Origin: an uncultured Sphingomonadaceae bacterium
GTDB lineage: Bacteria > Pseudomonadota > Alphaproteobacteria > Sphingomonadales > Sphingomonadaceae
Direction of reading: 5' to 3'
NCBI GenBank assembly: GCA_937996655.1
Contig: CALKUK010000015.1
Coordinates: forward strand, 198,740 to 262,739
DNA length: 64,000 nt
Under the pieces are notes generated by a model. That model was given only the letters and a program-made list of their open reading frames with translations. It did not search any database and was not told the DNA's origin. This document shows positions 8,800 to 17,719 of this stretch, piece after piece (positions within the stretch are counted from its first letter, which is position 1; each line of letters begins with the position of its first letter). The position numbers were made by a program, and so were the translations under genes.

Positions 8800-8951
8800 G
8801 CAGCTTTCATAGCTACCCTCCGCTTTTCGACCCCACGATCTGTCGTCCAAAGGATGCTGCACCGGCATGGGGTCTGTGTGGCAGTCTGGCCAAAAGACCT
8901 GTGGATCCAACCACATGGCCGGAAAACAGATATGATTGGAACACTCTAGCA

Positions 8952-10664
8952 ATGGCAACTTCCGCCAACCCGACCCGCGACGATTTCGCGGCTCTCCTCT
9001 CAGAATCACTCGGCAGCGCCGAAAGCCTCGACGGCCGCGTCGTCAAGGGCATCGTCACCGCTATCGAAAATGACATGGCTGTCATCGACGTCGGCCTGAA
9101 GTCCGAAGGCCGCGTGGCCCTTCGTGAATTCGCAGCGCCCGGCCAGAAGGCTGAACTCGCTGTCGGCGACGAAGTCGAAGTCTATGTCGACCGCGTCGAA
9201 AACGCCCAGGGCGAAGCTGTGCTGTCGCGCGACCGCGCACGCCGCGAAGCCGCTTGGGATGCGCTTGAAGCAGAATTCGGTAAGTCCACCCGCGTTGAAG
9301 GTGTCATCTTCGGCCGCGTCAAGGGCGGCTTCACCGTCGACCTCGGCGGCGCAGTGGCCTTCCTTCCCGGTTCGCAGGTCGATATCCGCCCCGTGCGCGA
9401 TGTCACCCCGCTGATGGACATTCCGCAGCCTTTCCAGATCCTCAAGATGGACCGCAAGCGTGGCAACATTGTTGTGTCGCGTCGCGCCATCCTTGAAGAA
9501 AGCCGCGCAGAAGCCCGTTCGGGCCTGATCATGAACCTTGCCGAAGGCCAGGTCATTGAAGGCGTTGTGAAGAACATCACCGATTACGGTGCGTTCGTTG
9601 ATCTCGGCGGCATTGACGGCCTGCTGCACGTCACCGACATCAGCTACAAGCGCGTCAATCATCCTTCGGAAGTCATCAACATCGGTGACACCGTGAAGGT
9701 GCAGATCATCCGCATCAACAAGGACACGCAGCGCATCTCGCTCGGCATGAAGCAGCTGGAAAGCGATCCTTGGGAAGCTGTTGCTGCCAAGTATCCGGTT
9801 GGAGCCAAGCTGTCGGGCCGCGTCACGAACATCACCGAATATGGTGCGTTCGTTGAACTCGAAGCCGGCATCGAAGGCCTTGTCCACGTTTCGGAAATGA
9901 GCTGGACCAAGAAGAACGTCCACCCCGGCAAGATCGTTTCGACCAGCCAGGAAGTCGATGTCATCGTCCTCGAAGTCGACGAAGAAAAGCGTCGCATTTC
10001 GCTTGGCCTCAAGCAGGCTGCGTCCAACCCCTGGGAAGCGTTCAGCGCGGCTCACCCGGTTGGCTCCACTGTCGAAGGCGAAGTCAAGAACGCGACCGAA
10101 TTCGGTCTGTTCATTGGCCTCGACGGCGATGTGGACGGCATGGTCCATATGTCGGACATCGCCTGGGGCGTGTCGGGCGAAGAAGCTCTGGCGCTTCACA
10201 ACAAGGGCGACACCGTCAAGGCGATCGTGCTTGACGTGGACGTCGAAAAGGAACGCATCTCGCTTGGCATCAAGCAGGTCGAAAAGGGCGGCGCTTCGGT
10301 TGCCACCGGCGGCAGCGGCGCTTCGGGCCTCGCCAAGAACGCAGTGACCACCGTGACGGTCATCGCGATCAAGGATGGCGGCCTCGACGTGCAGGTTGGC
10401 GACGATGGCGCCATTGGCTTCATCAAGCGTGCCGACCTCGGCCGCGACCGCGACGAACAGCGCCCCGACCGTTTCCAGGTTGGTCAGAAGTTCGACGCGA
10501 TGGTCACCGGCTTTGACCGTTCGAAGAACCCGACCTTCTCCGTCAAGGCGATGCAGATCGCCGAAGAGAAGCAGGCTGTGGCTCAGTACGGTTCGTCCGA
10601 CTCAGGCGCATCGCTTGGCGACATCCTTGGCGAAGCGCTCAAGGCACGCGACGGCAAGAAGTAA
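8952..10664 (+). CDS. rpsA: 30S ribosomal protein S1
   Basis: Tandem S1 domains (GAFVDLGGIDGLLHVTD, GAFVELEAGIEGLVHVSEMSW); strongly biased codon use. Start at 8952. Confidence 0.99.
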   Translation: MATSANPTRDDFAALLSESLGSAESLDGRVVKGIVTAIENDMAVIDVGLKSEGRVALREFAAPGQKAELAVGDEVEVYVDRVENAQGEAVLSRDRARREAAWDALEAEFGKSTRVEGVIFGRVKGGFTVDLGGAVAFLPGSQVDIRPVRDVTPLMDIPQPFQILKMDRKRGNIVVSRRAILEESRAEARSGLIMNLAEGQVIEGVVKNITDYGAFVDLGGIDGLLHVTDISYKRVNHPSEVINIGDTVKVQIIRINKDTQRISLGMKQLESDPWEAVAAKYPVGAKLSGRVTNITEYGAFVELEAGIEGLVHVSEMSWTKKNVHPGKIVSTSQEVDVIVLEVDEEKRRISLGLKQAASNPWEAFSAAHPVGSTVEGEVKNATEFGLFIGLDGDVDGMVHMSDIAWGVSGEEALALHNKGDTVKAIVLDVDVEKERISLGIKQVEKGGASVATGGSGASGLAKNAVTTVTVIAIKDGGLDVQVGDDGAIGFIKRADLGRDRDEQRPDRFQVGQKFDAMVTGFDRSKNPTFSVKAMQIAEEKQAVAQYGSSDSGASLGDILGEALKARDGKK

Positions 10665-10687
10665 AATCGAGCCGAAACAACTGATTG

Positions 10688-10723
10688 AGGCCCGTCGCAC
10701 GGTTGCGTGCGGCGGGCCTTTTT
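10688..10723 (+). terminator. Rho-independent terminator of rpsA
   Basis: aggcccgtcgcac/gtgcggcgggcct stem followed by a T-run. Confidence 0.9.
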
Positions 10724-10749
10724 CGTATTCTCTTCAGACAAAGAGTGCC

Positions 10750-10763
10750 GATTCAATAACTTA
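10750..10763. promoter_or_regulatory. IHF-site-like sequence overlapping a GANTC site upstream of ihfB
   Basis: ATTCAATAACTTA is one mismatch from WATCAANNNNTTR; GATTC at 10750-10754; lies in an AT-rich intergenic stretch. Confidence 0.45.
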
Positions 10764-10946
10764 GTTAAAAATCGTTAACTCTAGCGTTAAGATATAATTA
10801 CTTGCATATGTTACCGTATTGGTAGTAATTATCGAAACAGCTGTTGCGTCCGTTAAATATCCTGCTGACTTTGGGGGTATGCGTTACAACGGACTATGGT
10901 CTTCGGAGGGAAGAGCATGAGCAGGCACGTGCAACAGCGTGGGGGT

Positions 10947-11231
10947 ATGAGTATGATACGTTCCGAGCTGGTAGATGTACTGGCGCAAGAAAATCCCGGA
11001 CTGTCCCATCGGGAAATTGACACCATTGTAACTATCTTTTTCGACGAGATCACCAAGCAGCTTGCTGATGGTGGCAGGGTCGAGCTGCGCGGATTTGGCG
11101 CGTTCTCAACGCGCGGTCGGGACGCCCGTCAGGGCCGCAACCCGCGCACCGGCGCGGCTGTCGACATTCCGTCAAAGAAGGTTCCCTATTTCAAGCCCGG
11201 TAAGGAAATGCGCGCCAAGCTGAACGTTTAA
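10947..11231 (+). CDS. ihfB: Integration host factor subunit beta
   Basis: MIRSEL...[12 protein letters not shown]...GRNPRTG..V....[12 protein letters not shown]. Start 10947 or 10953. Confidence 0.97.
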   Translation: MSMIRSELVDVLAQENPGLSHREIDTIVTIFFDEITKQLADGGRVELRGFGAFSTRGRDARQGRNPRTGAAVDIPSKKVPYFKPGKEMRAKLNV

Positions 11232-11294
11232 GCGCGCGCTTTCCGGTCCTTTGTTGCTTGACGGCAGCGCTTCTGTCGCCGATGTCGCGCCCGT

Positions 11295-11380
11295 GCGGAC
11301 GTGGCGAAACCGGTAGACGCAGCAGACTTAAAATCTGCTTTCCCCTGGAAGTGCGGGTTCGAGTCCCGCCGTCCGCACCA
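11295..11380 (+). tRNA. tRNA-Leu(TAA)
   Basis: GCGGACGTGGCGAAACCGGTAGACGCA-GCAGA-CTTAAAA-TCTGC, long variable arm, GGGTTCGAGTCCC T-arm and CCA end. Confidence 0.97.
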
Positions 11381-11430
11381 CCTTTTCGCCAAGGCGTGAC
11401 CTTCCGGCTTCAGCGCGCTATCACGGCTTC

Positions 11431-12867
11431 ATGCTAACACGCTTGGTCCCTTCCCTGTTCCTGCTGGCGGCGCTCGCAGGCTGCGGGCAGGCGCCCGAAG
11501 ACGCTATCACCGTCAGCGTGATCGGCGGGCCGGCACGCGCGGGGGACCCCAATGCGCAGGTCCTGGATGCGCCAGCCGCGGTGATGACCGGCGCTTTGAT
11601 GCAGGGCCTCGTCCAGTTTGATGCACAGGGGCAAATTGAGCCCGCCCTTGCCGAACGATGGATCGTCACCGATGATGGCCTGAGCTACATTTTCCGCCTG
11701 CGCCGCGCCAAATGGTCCGACGGCGAAGAGGTGACGGCCCCGCAGGTCGCCAAAAGCCTGCGAACATCCCTGTCCGCACAGAGCCGCAATCCGTTGAAGC
11801 CGATGTTCGGACCAGTGACCGAAATCCTCGCTATGACGGACAGCGTGTTAGAAGTCCGCCTGTCGGAGCCGCAGGGCAATTTGCTGCAATTGCTCGCCCA
11901 GCCGGAAATGGCGGTGCTGAAACAGGGGCGTGGCACTGGCCCCTACCGCATCTATCGCCCCCTGCCACACTCAACCGTGTTGCGGCCGATCCTGGCCGAT
12001 ACGGCCGAGGACATCGACGAAGATGCGCTGCAACGCATGGAACGGCGTGTGCGCGGAGAGGACGCGGCAACAGCCGTCGCTCGATACGCTACCGGTGATG
12101 CCGCGCTGGTCTTGGGCGGCACGTTCAACTCCTATCCCTTTGCGCAGGCGAGCGGGATCAACCAGCGCCAGATTCGTCATGATCCCGTGTCCGGCCTGTT
12201 TGGGCTCATCCCCGCGCGCGCCGATGGGCCTATTGCGGATCGCGATGTTCGGCGGGCTCTTGCCATGTCGATCAACCGCACCGCCTTCCTCCAACGCTTT
12301 GCCATTCCGGGTTGGCGCCCTACCGAGGGCATGCTGCCCGCCCCGATTGGCAATTTCATTCAGGCTGTGCCGGACTGGTCCTCGCTGGACCGGCCCGCGC
12401 GCTTGGCCCGCGCCCGCCGCCTGATTGGAGCATCCGACATCACCTTGCGGGTCGCGCTGCCCGATGGGCCCGGCGGACGCCTGCTTTTCGCCCAGCTGGC
12501 GGCGGACTGGCGACAGATTGGCGTGCAGGCGCTTCGGGTCGGGCGCAATGAAGCCGCCGATCTGCGTTTGATTGACGCGGTTGCCCCAACCCCGGTGCCG
12601 GCATGGTATGTCGGGCGCTTCCGCTGCCCCGGCCTGCCGATGTGCAGCACAGAAGTAACCGCAACAATGTCGATCCTCCGTCGGTCAAAACCCGAAGAGC
12701 GGCCCCGCCTGATTGCCGAGGCGGATCAATCTCTGGCCGATGATCAGCTCTACATTCCCATTGCCATGCCCTTGCGTTGGTCGCTCGTGGCCCCGCGTCT
12801 GCTCGGCTATGCTGATAATGACGTTGCCCTCCATCCGCTCAACAGGCTTGATCAGGCGGGCGACTAG
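11431..12867 (+). CDS. Family 5 (peptide/nickel-type) extracellular solute-binding lipoprotein
   Basis: Lipobox LAALAGC; QGLVQFD..G.IEPALAERW....DGLSY.FRLR..KWSDG is the SBP_bac_5 signature. Confidence 0.85.
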   Translation: MLTRLVPSLFLLAALAGCGQAPEDAITVSVIGGPARAGDPNAQVLDAPAAVMTGALMQGLVQFDAQGQIEPALAERWIVTDDGLSYIFRLRRAKWSDGEEVTAPQVAKSLRTSLSAQSRNPLKPMFGPVTEILAMTDSVLEVRLSEPQGNLLQLLAQPEMAVLKQGRGTGPYRIYRPLPHSTVLRPILADTAEDIDEDALQRMERRVRGEDAATAVARYATGDAALVLGGTFNSYPFAQASGINQRQIRHDPVSGLFGLIPARADGPIADRDVRRALAMSINRTAFLQRFAIPGWRPTEGMLPAPIGNFIQAVPDWSSLDRPARLARARRLIGASDITLRVALPDGPGGRLLFAQLAADWRQIGVQALRVGRNEAADLRLIDAVAPTPVPAWYVGRFRCPGLPMCSTEVTATMSILRRSKPEERPRLIAEADQSLADDQLYIPIAMPLRWSLVAPRLLGYADNDVALHPLNRLDQAGD

Positions 12868-12912
12868 TATCGGTGCCACGTCTTCCTATATTGCGCGTTG
12901 AAGGAGCTGCTG

Positions 12913-13323
12913 ATGGCCACCACCCGCAAGCTGAAGATTGACCCGTCTGATTTTGCAGGCCGCCACCCGGGCGCTGTGCGCAGGCGCATTGAAGGGCTGG
13001 AAAAACTGCTCGAAGGCCTGTTCGTCATCCCCGGCACCAATAAGCGCGTCGGCATGGACGTGCTGCTGGACTTCCTACCCGGCGGCACGATTGTCGCCGC
13101 CGTCATGGGGAGCTACCTCGCTTGGGAGGCCCGCAATCTGGGGATGTCGAAGGCGACTATGGTGCGAATGGCCGGCAATATCGGCTTTGACGCGCTGCTC
13201 GGCATCATCCCCTTTGTCGGCGCCATCCCCGACTTCTTCTTCCGATCCAACACCCGCAATTTGAAGCTCATCAAAAAGCATCTGGATAAGCATCATCCGG
13301 CAACGGCGGTGATTGATCAATAG
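12913..13323 (+). CDS. DUF4112-family membrane protein
   Basis: F.IPGT..R.G.D.LL..LPG...GNIGFDALLGIIPFVGAIPDFFFRSNTRN; AAGGAG RBS before 12913. Confidence 0.85.
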   Translation: MATTRKLKIDPSDFAGRHPGAVRRRIEGLEKLLEGLFVIPGTNKRVGMDVLLDFLPGGTIVAAVMGSYLAWEARNLGMSKATMVRMAGNIGFDALLGIIPFVGAIPDFFFRSNTRNLKLIKKHLDKHHPATAVIDQ

Positions 13324-13333
13324 GGGCTGGCTC

Positions 13334-14038
13334 CTACCGCTCATCCCGCCAGATGTTCAGGCGGCGTTTGGGCGGGGTGGTTGGTTCTCCACGGGGACAT
13401 GCGCGGGGTTTGAACGCCATGTCCATGCAAATGCGGACTTCCTTCAACCAATTGCCGGGCGGGGTCATAATGCTGAGCATGGCAGGCTTCAGGCCCGAAT
13501 TGACGCGCGCAAATTCTGCCGCAAAGGCGCCCGCCGTGACGCCGCGCCGCGACAGGACGTCCATGTCTGGAAAGCGCACCGCGCTGTAAAGGATGGACGC
13601 GGCCCGGAAATAGCGGTCCGGCTTATCAGCCATACAGGTGCCGTGCTTGGCCCATTCGTGCTGCAACAGCCGGACGGACGGCGTCATGCAGAAATGCTGC
13701 TTGATAAGACCGGCGTCGATTGGCTTCGCCTCCCCGCACCAGGCCGGGTCCACCTGTCGGTCGCCTTCCGGCCAAAGACCATGCAGGACAAAACCGAAGC
13801 GCACATCCTTTCCGCACTGGTCGGCATCCAATGCGCTGCTGCGTTTGTCCCGGCAATATTGCGGCGACCAGGAGAGGGAGAGGAGATAGCCCGTCACCGG
13901 AACCTTGCGGATTTCGGCAGGCGGCGGCGCTTCGGTGCGCACATCCGGCAGCCCATCGGGCACGATGCAGCTTTCGGCCTGCGCCAAAGCAGCGGACGGG
14001 AGGGCGAGCAGCACGGCGGCGAGAAGGGTCCTGATCAT
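13334..14038 (-). CDS. Secreted ribonuclease T2
   Basis: Signal peptide; LSLSWSPQYC, FVLHGLWP (CAS I) and QHEWAKHGTC (CAS II). Confidence 0.95.
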   Translation of the reverse strand: MIRTLLAAVLLALPSAALAQAESCIVPDGLPDVRTEAPPPAEIRKVPVTGYLLSLSWSPQYCRDKRSSALDADQCGKDVRFGFVLHGLWPEGDRQVDPAWCGEAKPIDAGLIKQHFCMTPSVRLLQHEWAKHGTCMADKPDRYFRAASILYSAVRFPDMDVLSRRGVTAGAFAAEFARVNSGLKPAMLSIMTPPGNWLKEVRICMDMAFKPRACPRGEPTTPPKRRLNIWRDER

Positions 14039-14127
14039 GACGCCAGCCTAAGCACAAACCAGCCGGACTGAAAGGGCTTCAACGCCACTCTGGATAAGTG
14101 TGCGTAATTTTATTACAATGCGTTGTT

Positions 14128-15417
14128 ATGAACGACTCGCGTGGCCGCAACCGCCCTCCGCTCTCGCTCCACATTCCGGAGCCGCCCGCCCGTCCCGGCG
14201 AAGAGGCGGATTTCTCTCACATTCAGGTGACGCCCGCTGGTGTGGCACCTCGACCCGACAGTTTTGCCGCCGCGCATGACCTACGCGAAATGGCCTTTGG
14301 CCTCGTGCGGGTGCTGGACGATGCTGGACAGGCCGTCGGCCCTTGGGACCCCCGCCTGTCACCGGACGCGCTGCGGACGATGTTGCGGGACATGGCGCTG
14401 ACCCGTGCCTTTGACGACCGGATGTTCCGGGCGCAGCGGCAGGGCAAGACCAGCTTTTACATGAAATGCACCGGCGAAGAGGCCGTCGCTGTCGCGCAGA
14501 CCCATGCCCTCGATCGGGAGGACATGTGCTTCCCCTCATACCGCCAGCAGGGCATCCTCATCACGCGCGGCCATCCGCTCGTCGGGATGATCAACCAGAT
14601 CTATTCGAACAAGGGCGATGCGCTCAAGGGCCGCCAGTTGCCCATCATGTACTCCTCGCCAGAATATGGCTTCTTCACAGTCTCGGGCAATCTGACGACG
14701 CAGCTGCCACAGGCCGTGGGCTGGGCCATGGCGAGCGCCTCCAAGGGGGACAGCCGGATCGCGGCGGCTTGGTGCGGTGAAGGATCGACGGCAGAGGGGG
14801 ACTTTCACGCGGCGATGACCTTCGCCACCGTCTACCGTGCGCCCGTCATCATCAACGTCGTCAACAACCAATGGGCGATCAGCTCTTTTGCGGGCTTTGC
14901 AGGCGGCGAAGCGACGACCTTTGCCGCGCGCGCCATTGGCTATGGCATTGCGGGCTTGCGCGTCGACGGCAATGATGCGCTCGCCGTCTACGCCGCCACG
15001 GCTTGGGCGGCCGAGCGGGCACGGACCAACAATGGCCCGACGCTGATCGAGCATTTCACCTACCGCGCCGAAGGGCACAGCACCTCGGATGACCCAAGCG
15101 CCTATCGCTCCGCCGATGAAGGCGTGAAGTGGCCTCTGGGCGATCCTATTGCCCGGCTGAAGGCGCACCTCATCACCATCGGGGAATGGGATGAGGACCG
15201 CCACGTCGCGATGGACCTTGAGCTCGCCGAAAGTGTGAAGGTCGCCCAGAAGGATGCGGAGAAGAACGGCATCCTTGGTCATGGCCTGCACCAGCCGTTT
15301 GAAACGATGTTCGAAGATGTGTTTGAGAAGATGCCCCAGCATCTGAAGGAACAGCAGGCCCAGATGCGCGCAGAACGGATGCGCAAATGGCCGGATGGCG
15401 GGCAGGGGCAAAAGTGA
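14128..15417 (+). CDS. bkdA1: Branched-chain 2-oxo acid dehydrogenase E1 alpha
   Basis: RQGKTSFYM, GNL.TQ, GEGSTAEGDF...NN (TPP motif) and YR..GHSTSDDP. Confidence 0.95.
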   Translation: MNDSRGRNRPPLSLHIPEPPARPGEEADFSHIQVTPAGVAPRPDSFAAAHDLREMAFGLVRVLDDAGQAVGPWDPRLSPDALRTMLRDMALTRAFDDRMFRAQRQGKTSFYMKCTGEEAVAVAQTHALDREDMCFPSYRQQGILITRGHPLVGMINQIYSNKGDALKGRQLPIMYSSPEYGFFTVSGNLTTQLPQAVGWAMASASKGDSRIAAAWCGEGSTAEGDFHAAMTFATVYRAPVIINVVNNQWAISSFAGFAGGEATTFAARAIGYGIAGLRVDGNDALAVYAATAWAAERARTNNGPTLIEHFTYRAEGHSTSDDPSAYRSADEGVKWPLGDPIARLKAHLITIGEWDEDRHVAMDLELAESVKVAQKDAEKNGILGHGLHQPFETMFEDVFEKMPQHLKEQQAQMRAERMRKWPDGGQGQK

Positions 15418-16451
15418 TGACCGACACCCCCGCCCCCAGCCGCCGCATGAACATGATCGAGGCGATCAATAGCGCGATGGATGTCGCCATGACGCGCGAT
15501 GCGGACGTGGTCGTCTTTGGCGAAGATGTTGGCTTTTTCGGCGGCGTCTTCCGGGCAACCGCAGGCCTTCAGCAGAAATTCGGAAAGACGCGCAGCTTTG
15601 ATACGCCGATCACCGAATGCGGCATCATTGGCGTGGCCGTCGGCATGGCGGCTTACGGCCTGCGCCCCATCCCAGAAATCCAGTTTGCCGACTATATCTA
15701 CCCCGCGCTCGACCAGCTCGTGTCAGAAGCCGCACGCATCCGCTATCGCTCCGCCGGGCAATGGCACATGCCAATCACAGTCCGCTCTCCCTTTGGTGGC
15801 GGCATTTTCGGCGGGCAAACGCACAGTCAATCTCCGGAGAGTATCTTCACCCATGTCTCGGGGTTGAAGACGGTCATCCCCTCCACGCCCTATGACGCAA
15901 AGGGGCTGCTGCTCGCGGCGATTGAAGACAATGACCCCGTCCTCTTCTTTGAACCCAAGCGCATCTATAACGGCCCGTTTGATGGCCATTATGACCGGCC
16001 TGTCCAGCCATGGGCGAAACACCCGGCCAGCGAGGTGCCCGAAGGCCATTACACCATCCCGCTGGGCAAGGCCGCTCTGGTGCGCGAGGGTCAAGACCTA
16101 ACCGTCATCACCTATGGCACAATGGTGCATGTGGGGCTGGCAGCGGTGGAGGAGCTTGGCGTCGACGCCGATGTGATTGACCTGCGGACGCTCGTGCCGC
16201 TCGATATCGACACCATTGAAGCCTCGGTGAAGAAGACAGGTCGCTGCGTCATCATTCATGAGGCGACCCGCACCTCGGGCTTTGGCGCGGAACTTGCGGC
16301 CCAAATTCAGGAGCGCTGCTTCTACCATCTCGAAGCGCCGATTGAGCGCGTAACCGGGTTTGACACGCCCTATCCCCATAGTCTGGAATGGGCCTATTTC
16401 CCCGGCCCCATCCGCATCGGGATGGCGATTGAAAAAGTGATGAAGGACTGA
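15417..16451 (+). CDS. bkdA2: Branched-chain 2-oxo acid dehydrogenase E1 beta
   Basis: GEDVGFFGGVFRAT, DTPITE, EIQFADY, GGQTHSQSPE; overlaps the E1 alpha stop. Confidence 0.95.
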   Translation: MTDTPAPSRRMNMIEAINSAMDVAMTRDADVVVFGEDVGFFGGVFRATAGLQQKFGKTRSFDTPITECGIIGVAVGMAAYGLRPIPEIQFADYIYPALDQLVSEAARIRYRSAGQWHMPITVRSPFGGGIFGGQTHSQSPESIFTHVSGLKTVIPSTPYDAKGLLLAAIEDNDPVLFFEPKRIYNGPFDGHYDRPVQPWAKHPASEVPEGHYTIPLGKAALVREGQDLTVITYGTMVHVGLAAVEELGVDADVIDLRTLVPLDIDTIEASVKKTGRCVIIHEATRTSGFGAELAAQIQERCFYHLEAPIERVTGFDTPYPHSLEWAYFPGPIRIGMAIEKVMKD

Positions 16452-16453
16452 GG

Positions 16454-17716
16454 ATGGCGCGCTTTGAATTCCGCTTGCCCGACATTGGCGAAGGCATTGC
16501 CGAGGCAGAGATTGTCGCTTGGCATGTGAAGGTCGGCGATACCGTGTCGGAAGATCAGGGCGTGGCCGACATGATGACCGACAAGGCGACTGTCGAGATG
16601 GAGTCGCCCGTGAGTGGCACGGTGATCGAAGTCGCCGGCGATGTCGGCGACATGATCCCCATCGGATCGACGCTGCTGGTGATTGAAACAGAGGGTGAGG
16701 AAGAGACGCCATCGGATGCGGTGGCGCCGCCGGCCGATGTCCTGTCCGGCACAGATCTTGAAGCGGCACCCGAACAGCACATGCCCGAGGCTCCCGCCGC
16801 GCCGTACATCCCGGCGCCGCACCCCGATGCGACCGAGATCAACGTGCCGCAACCAGCGGCGCAGGCGCTTGCCTCACCTGCCGTGCGGGCACGAGCGAAG
16901 GAGTTGGGCATCGACCTGTCGCAAGTAAAGGCCCGCGAAGGCGGGCGCGTCCGCCATGCTGACCTCGACGCCTATCTCACCTATCATGGCGGCCAAGGCT
17001 ATCGCCCGGCGGGGACCACACGCGCCGATGAAGCGATCAAGGTCGTCGGCATGCGGCGGCGTATTGCCGAAAATATGGCCGCGTCCAAGCGCCACATTCC
17101 GCACTTCACATATGTCGAGGAAATCGACGTCACCGCGCTGGAGGCCATGCGCGGGGACCTGAATGACAATCGCGGTGACCGCCCCAAACTCACCCTGCTG
17201 CCGCTCATGATCGTCGCGATCTGCAAGGCGCTGCCCGACTTCCCCATGATCAACGCGCGTTTTGATGATGAGGCAGGCATCGTCACCCGCCACGGCGCGG
17301 TTCACCTCGGCATGGCGACGCAAACCGATGCCGGGCTGATGGTGCCCGTCATCCGCGATGCTCAGGCCAAGAATGTCTGGCAGTTGGCCGGCGAGATCAC
17401 GCGACTGGCAGATGCAGCACGGTCAGGCAAAGCGACGTCGGCCGAACTCTCGGGCTCCACCCTGACCGTCACATCGCTCGGCCCCCTTGGTGGCATTGCA
17501 ACGACGCCGGTCATCAACAGGCCGGAGGTAGCGATCATCGGCCCCAATAAGATCGTGGAGCGTCCCATCTTTGTCGGGGACGACATTGTCCGCGCCAAGC
17601 TGATGAACCTGTCGATCAGCTGCGACCACCGCGTCGTCGACGGCTGGGATGCGGCAAGCTTCGTTCAGGCAGTCAAGAGGTTGCTGGAAACGCCCGTTCT
17701 GCTCTTTGCGGATTAG
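16454..17716 (+). CDS. bkdB: Dihydrolipoamide acyltransferase E2 of the branched-chain complex
   Basis: Single lipoyl domain (MTDKATVE), E3-binding ASPAVR...GRV.H.D, catalytic SCDHRVVDG. Confidence 0.95.
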   Translation: MARFEFRLPDIGEGIAEAEIVAWHVKVGDTVSEDQGVADMMTDKATVEMESPVSGTVIEVAGDVGDMIPIGSTLLVIETEGEEETPSDAVAPPADVLSGTDLEAAPEQHMPEAPAAPYIPAPHPDATEINVPQPAAQALASPAVRARAKELGIDLSQVKAREGGRVRHADLDAYLTYHGGQGYRPAGTTRADEAIKVVGMRRRIAENMAASKRHIPHFTYVEEIDVTALEAMRGDLNDNRGDRPKLTLLPLMIVAICKALPDFPMINARFDDEAGIVTRHGAVHLGMATQTDAGLMVPVIRDAQAKNVWQLAGEITRLADAARSGKATSAELSGSTLTVTSLGPLGGIATTPVINRPEVAIIGPNKIVERPIFVGDDIVRAKLMNLSISCDHRVVDGWDAASFVQAVKRLLETPVLLFAD

Positions 17717-17719
17717 ATC

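Noticed and set aside
8800-8951. Structured rpsA leader as a novel riboswitch
   Set aside because: Only short hairpins such as tgtggatccaaccaca. An S1 autoregulatory leader is the ordinary explanation, and I cannot support a specific fold.
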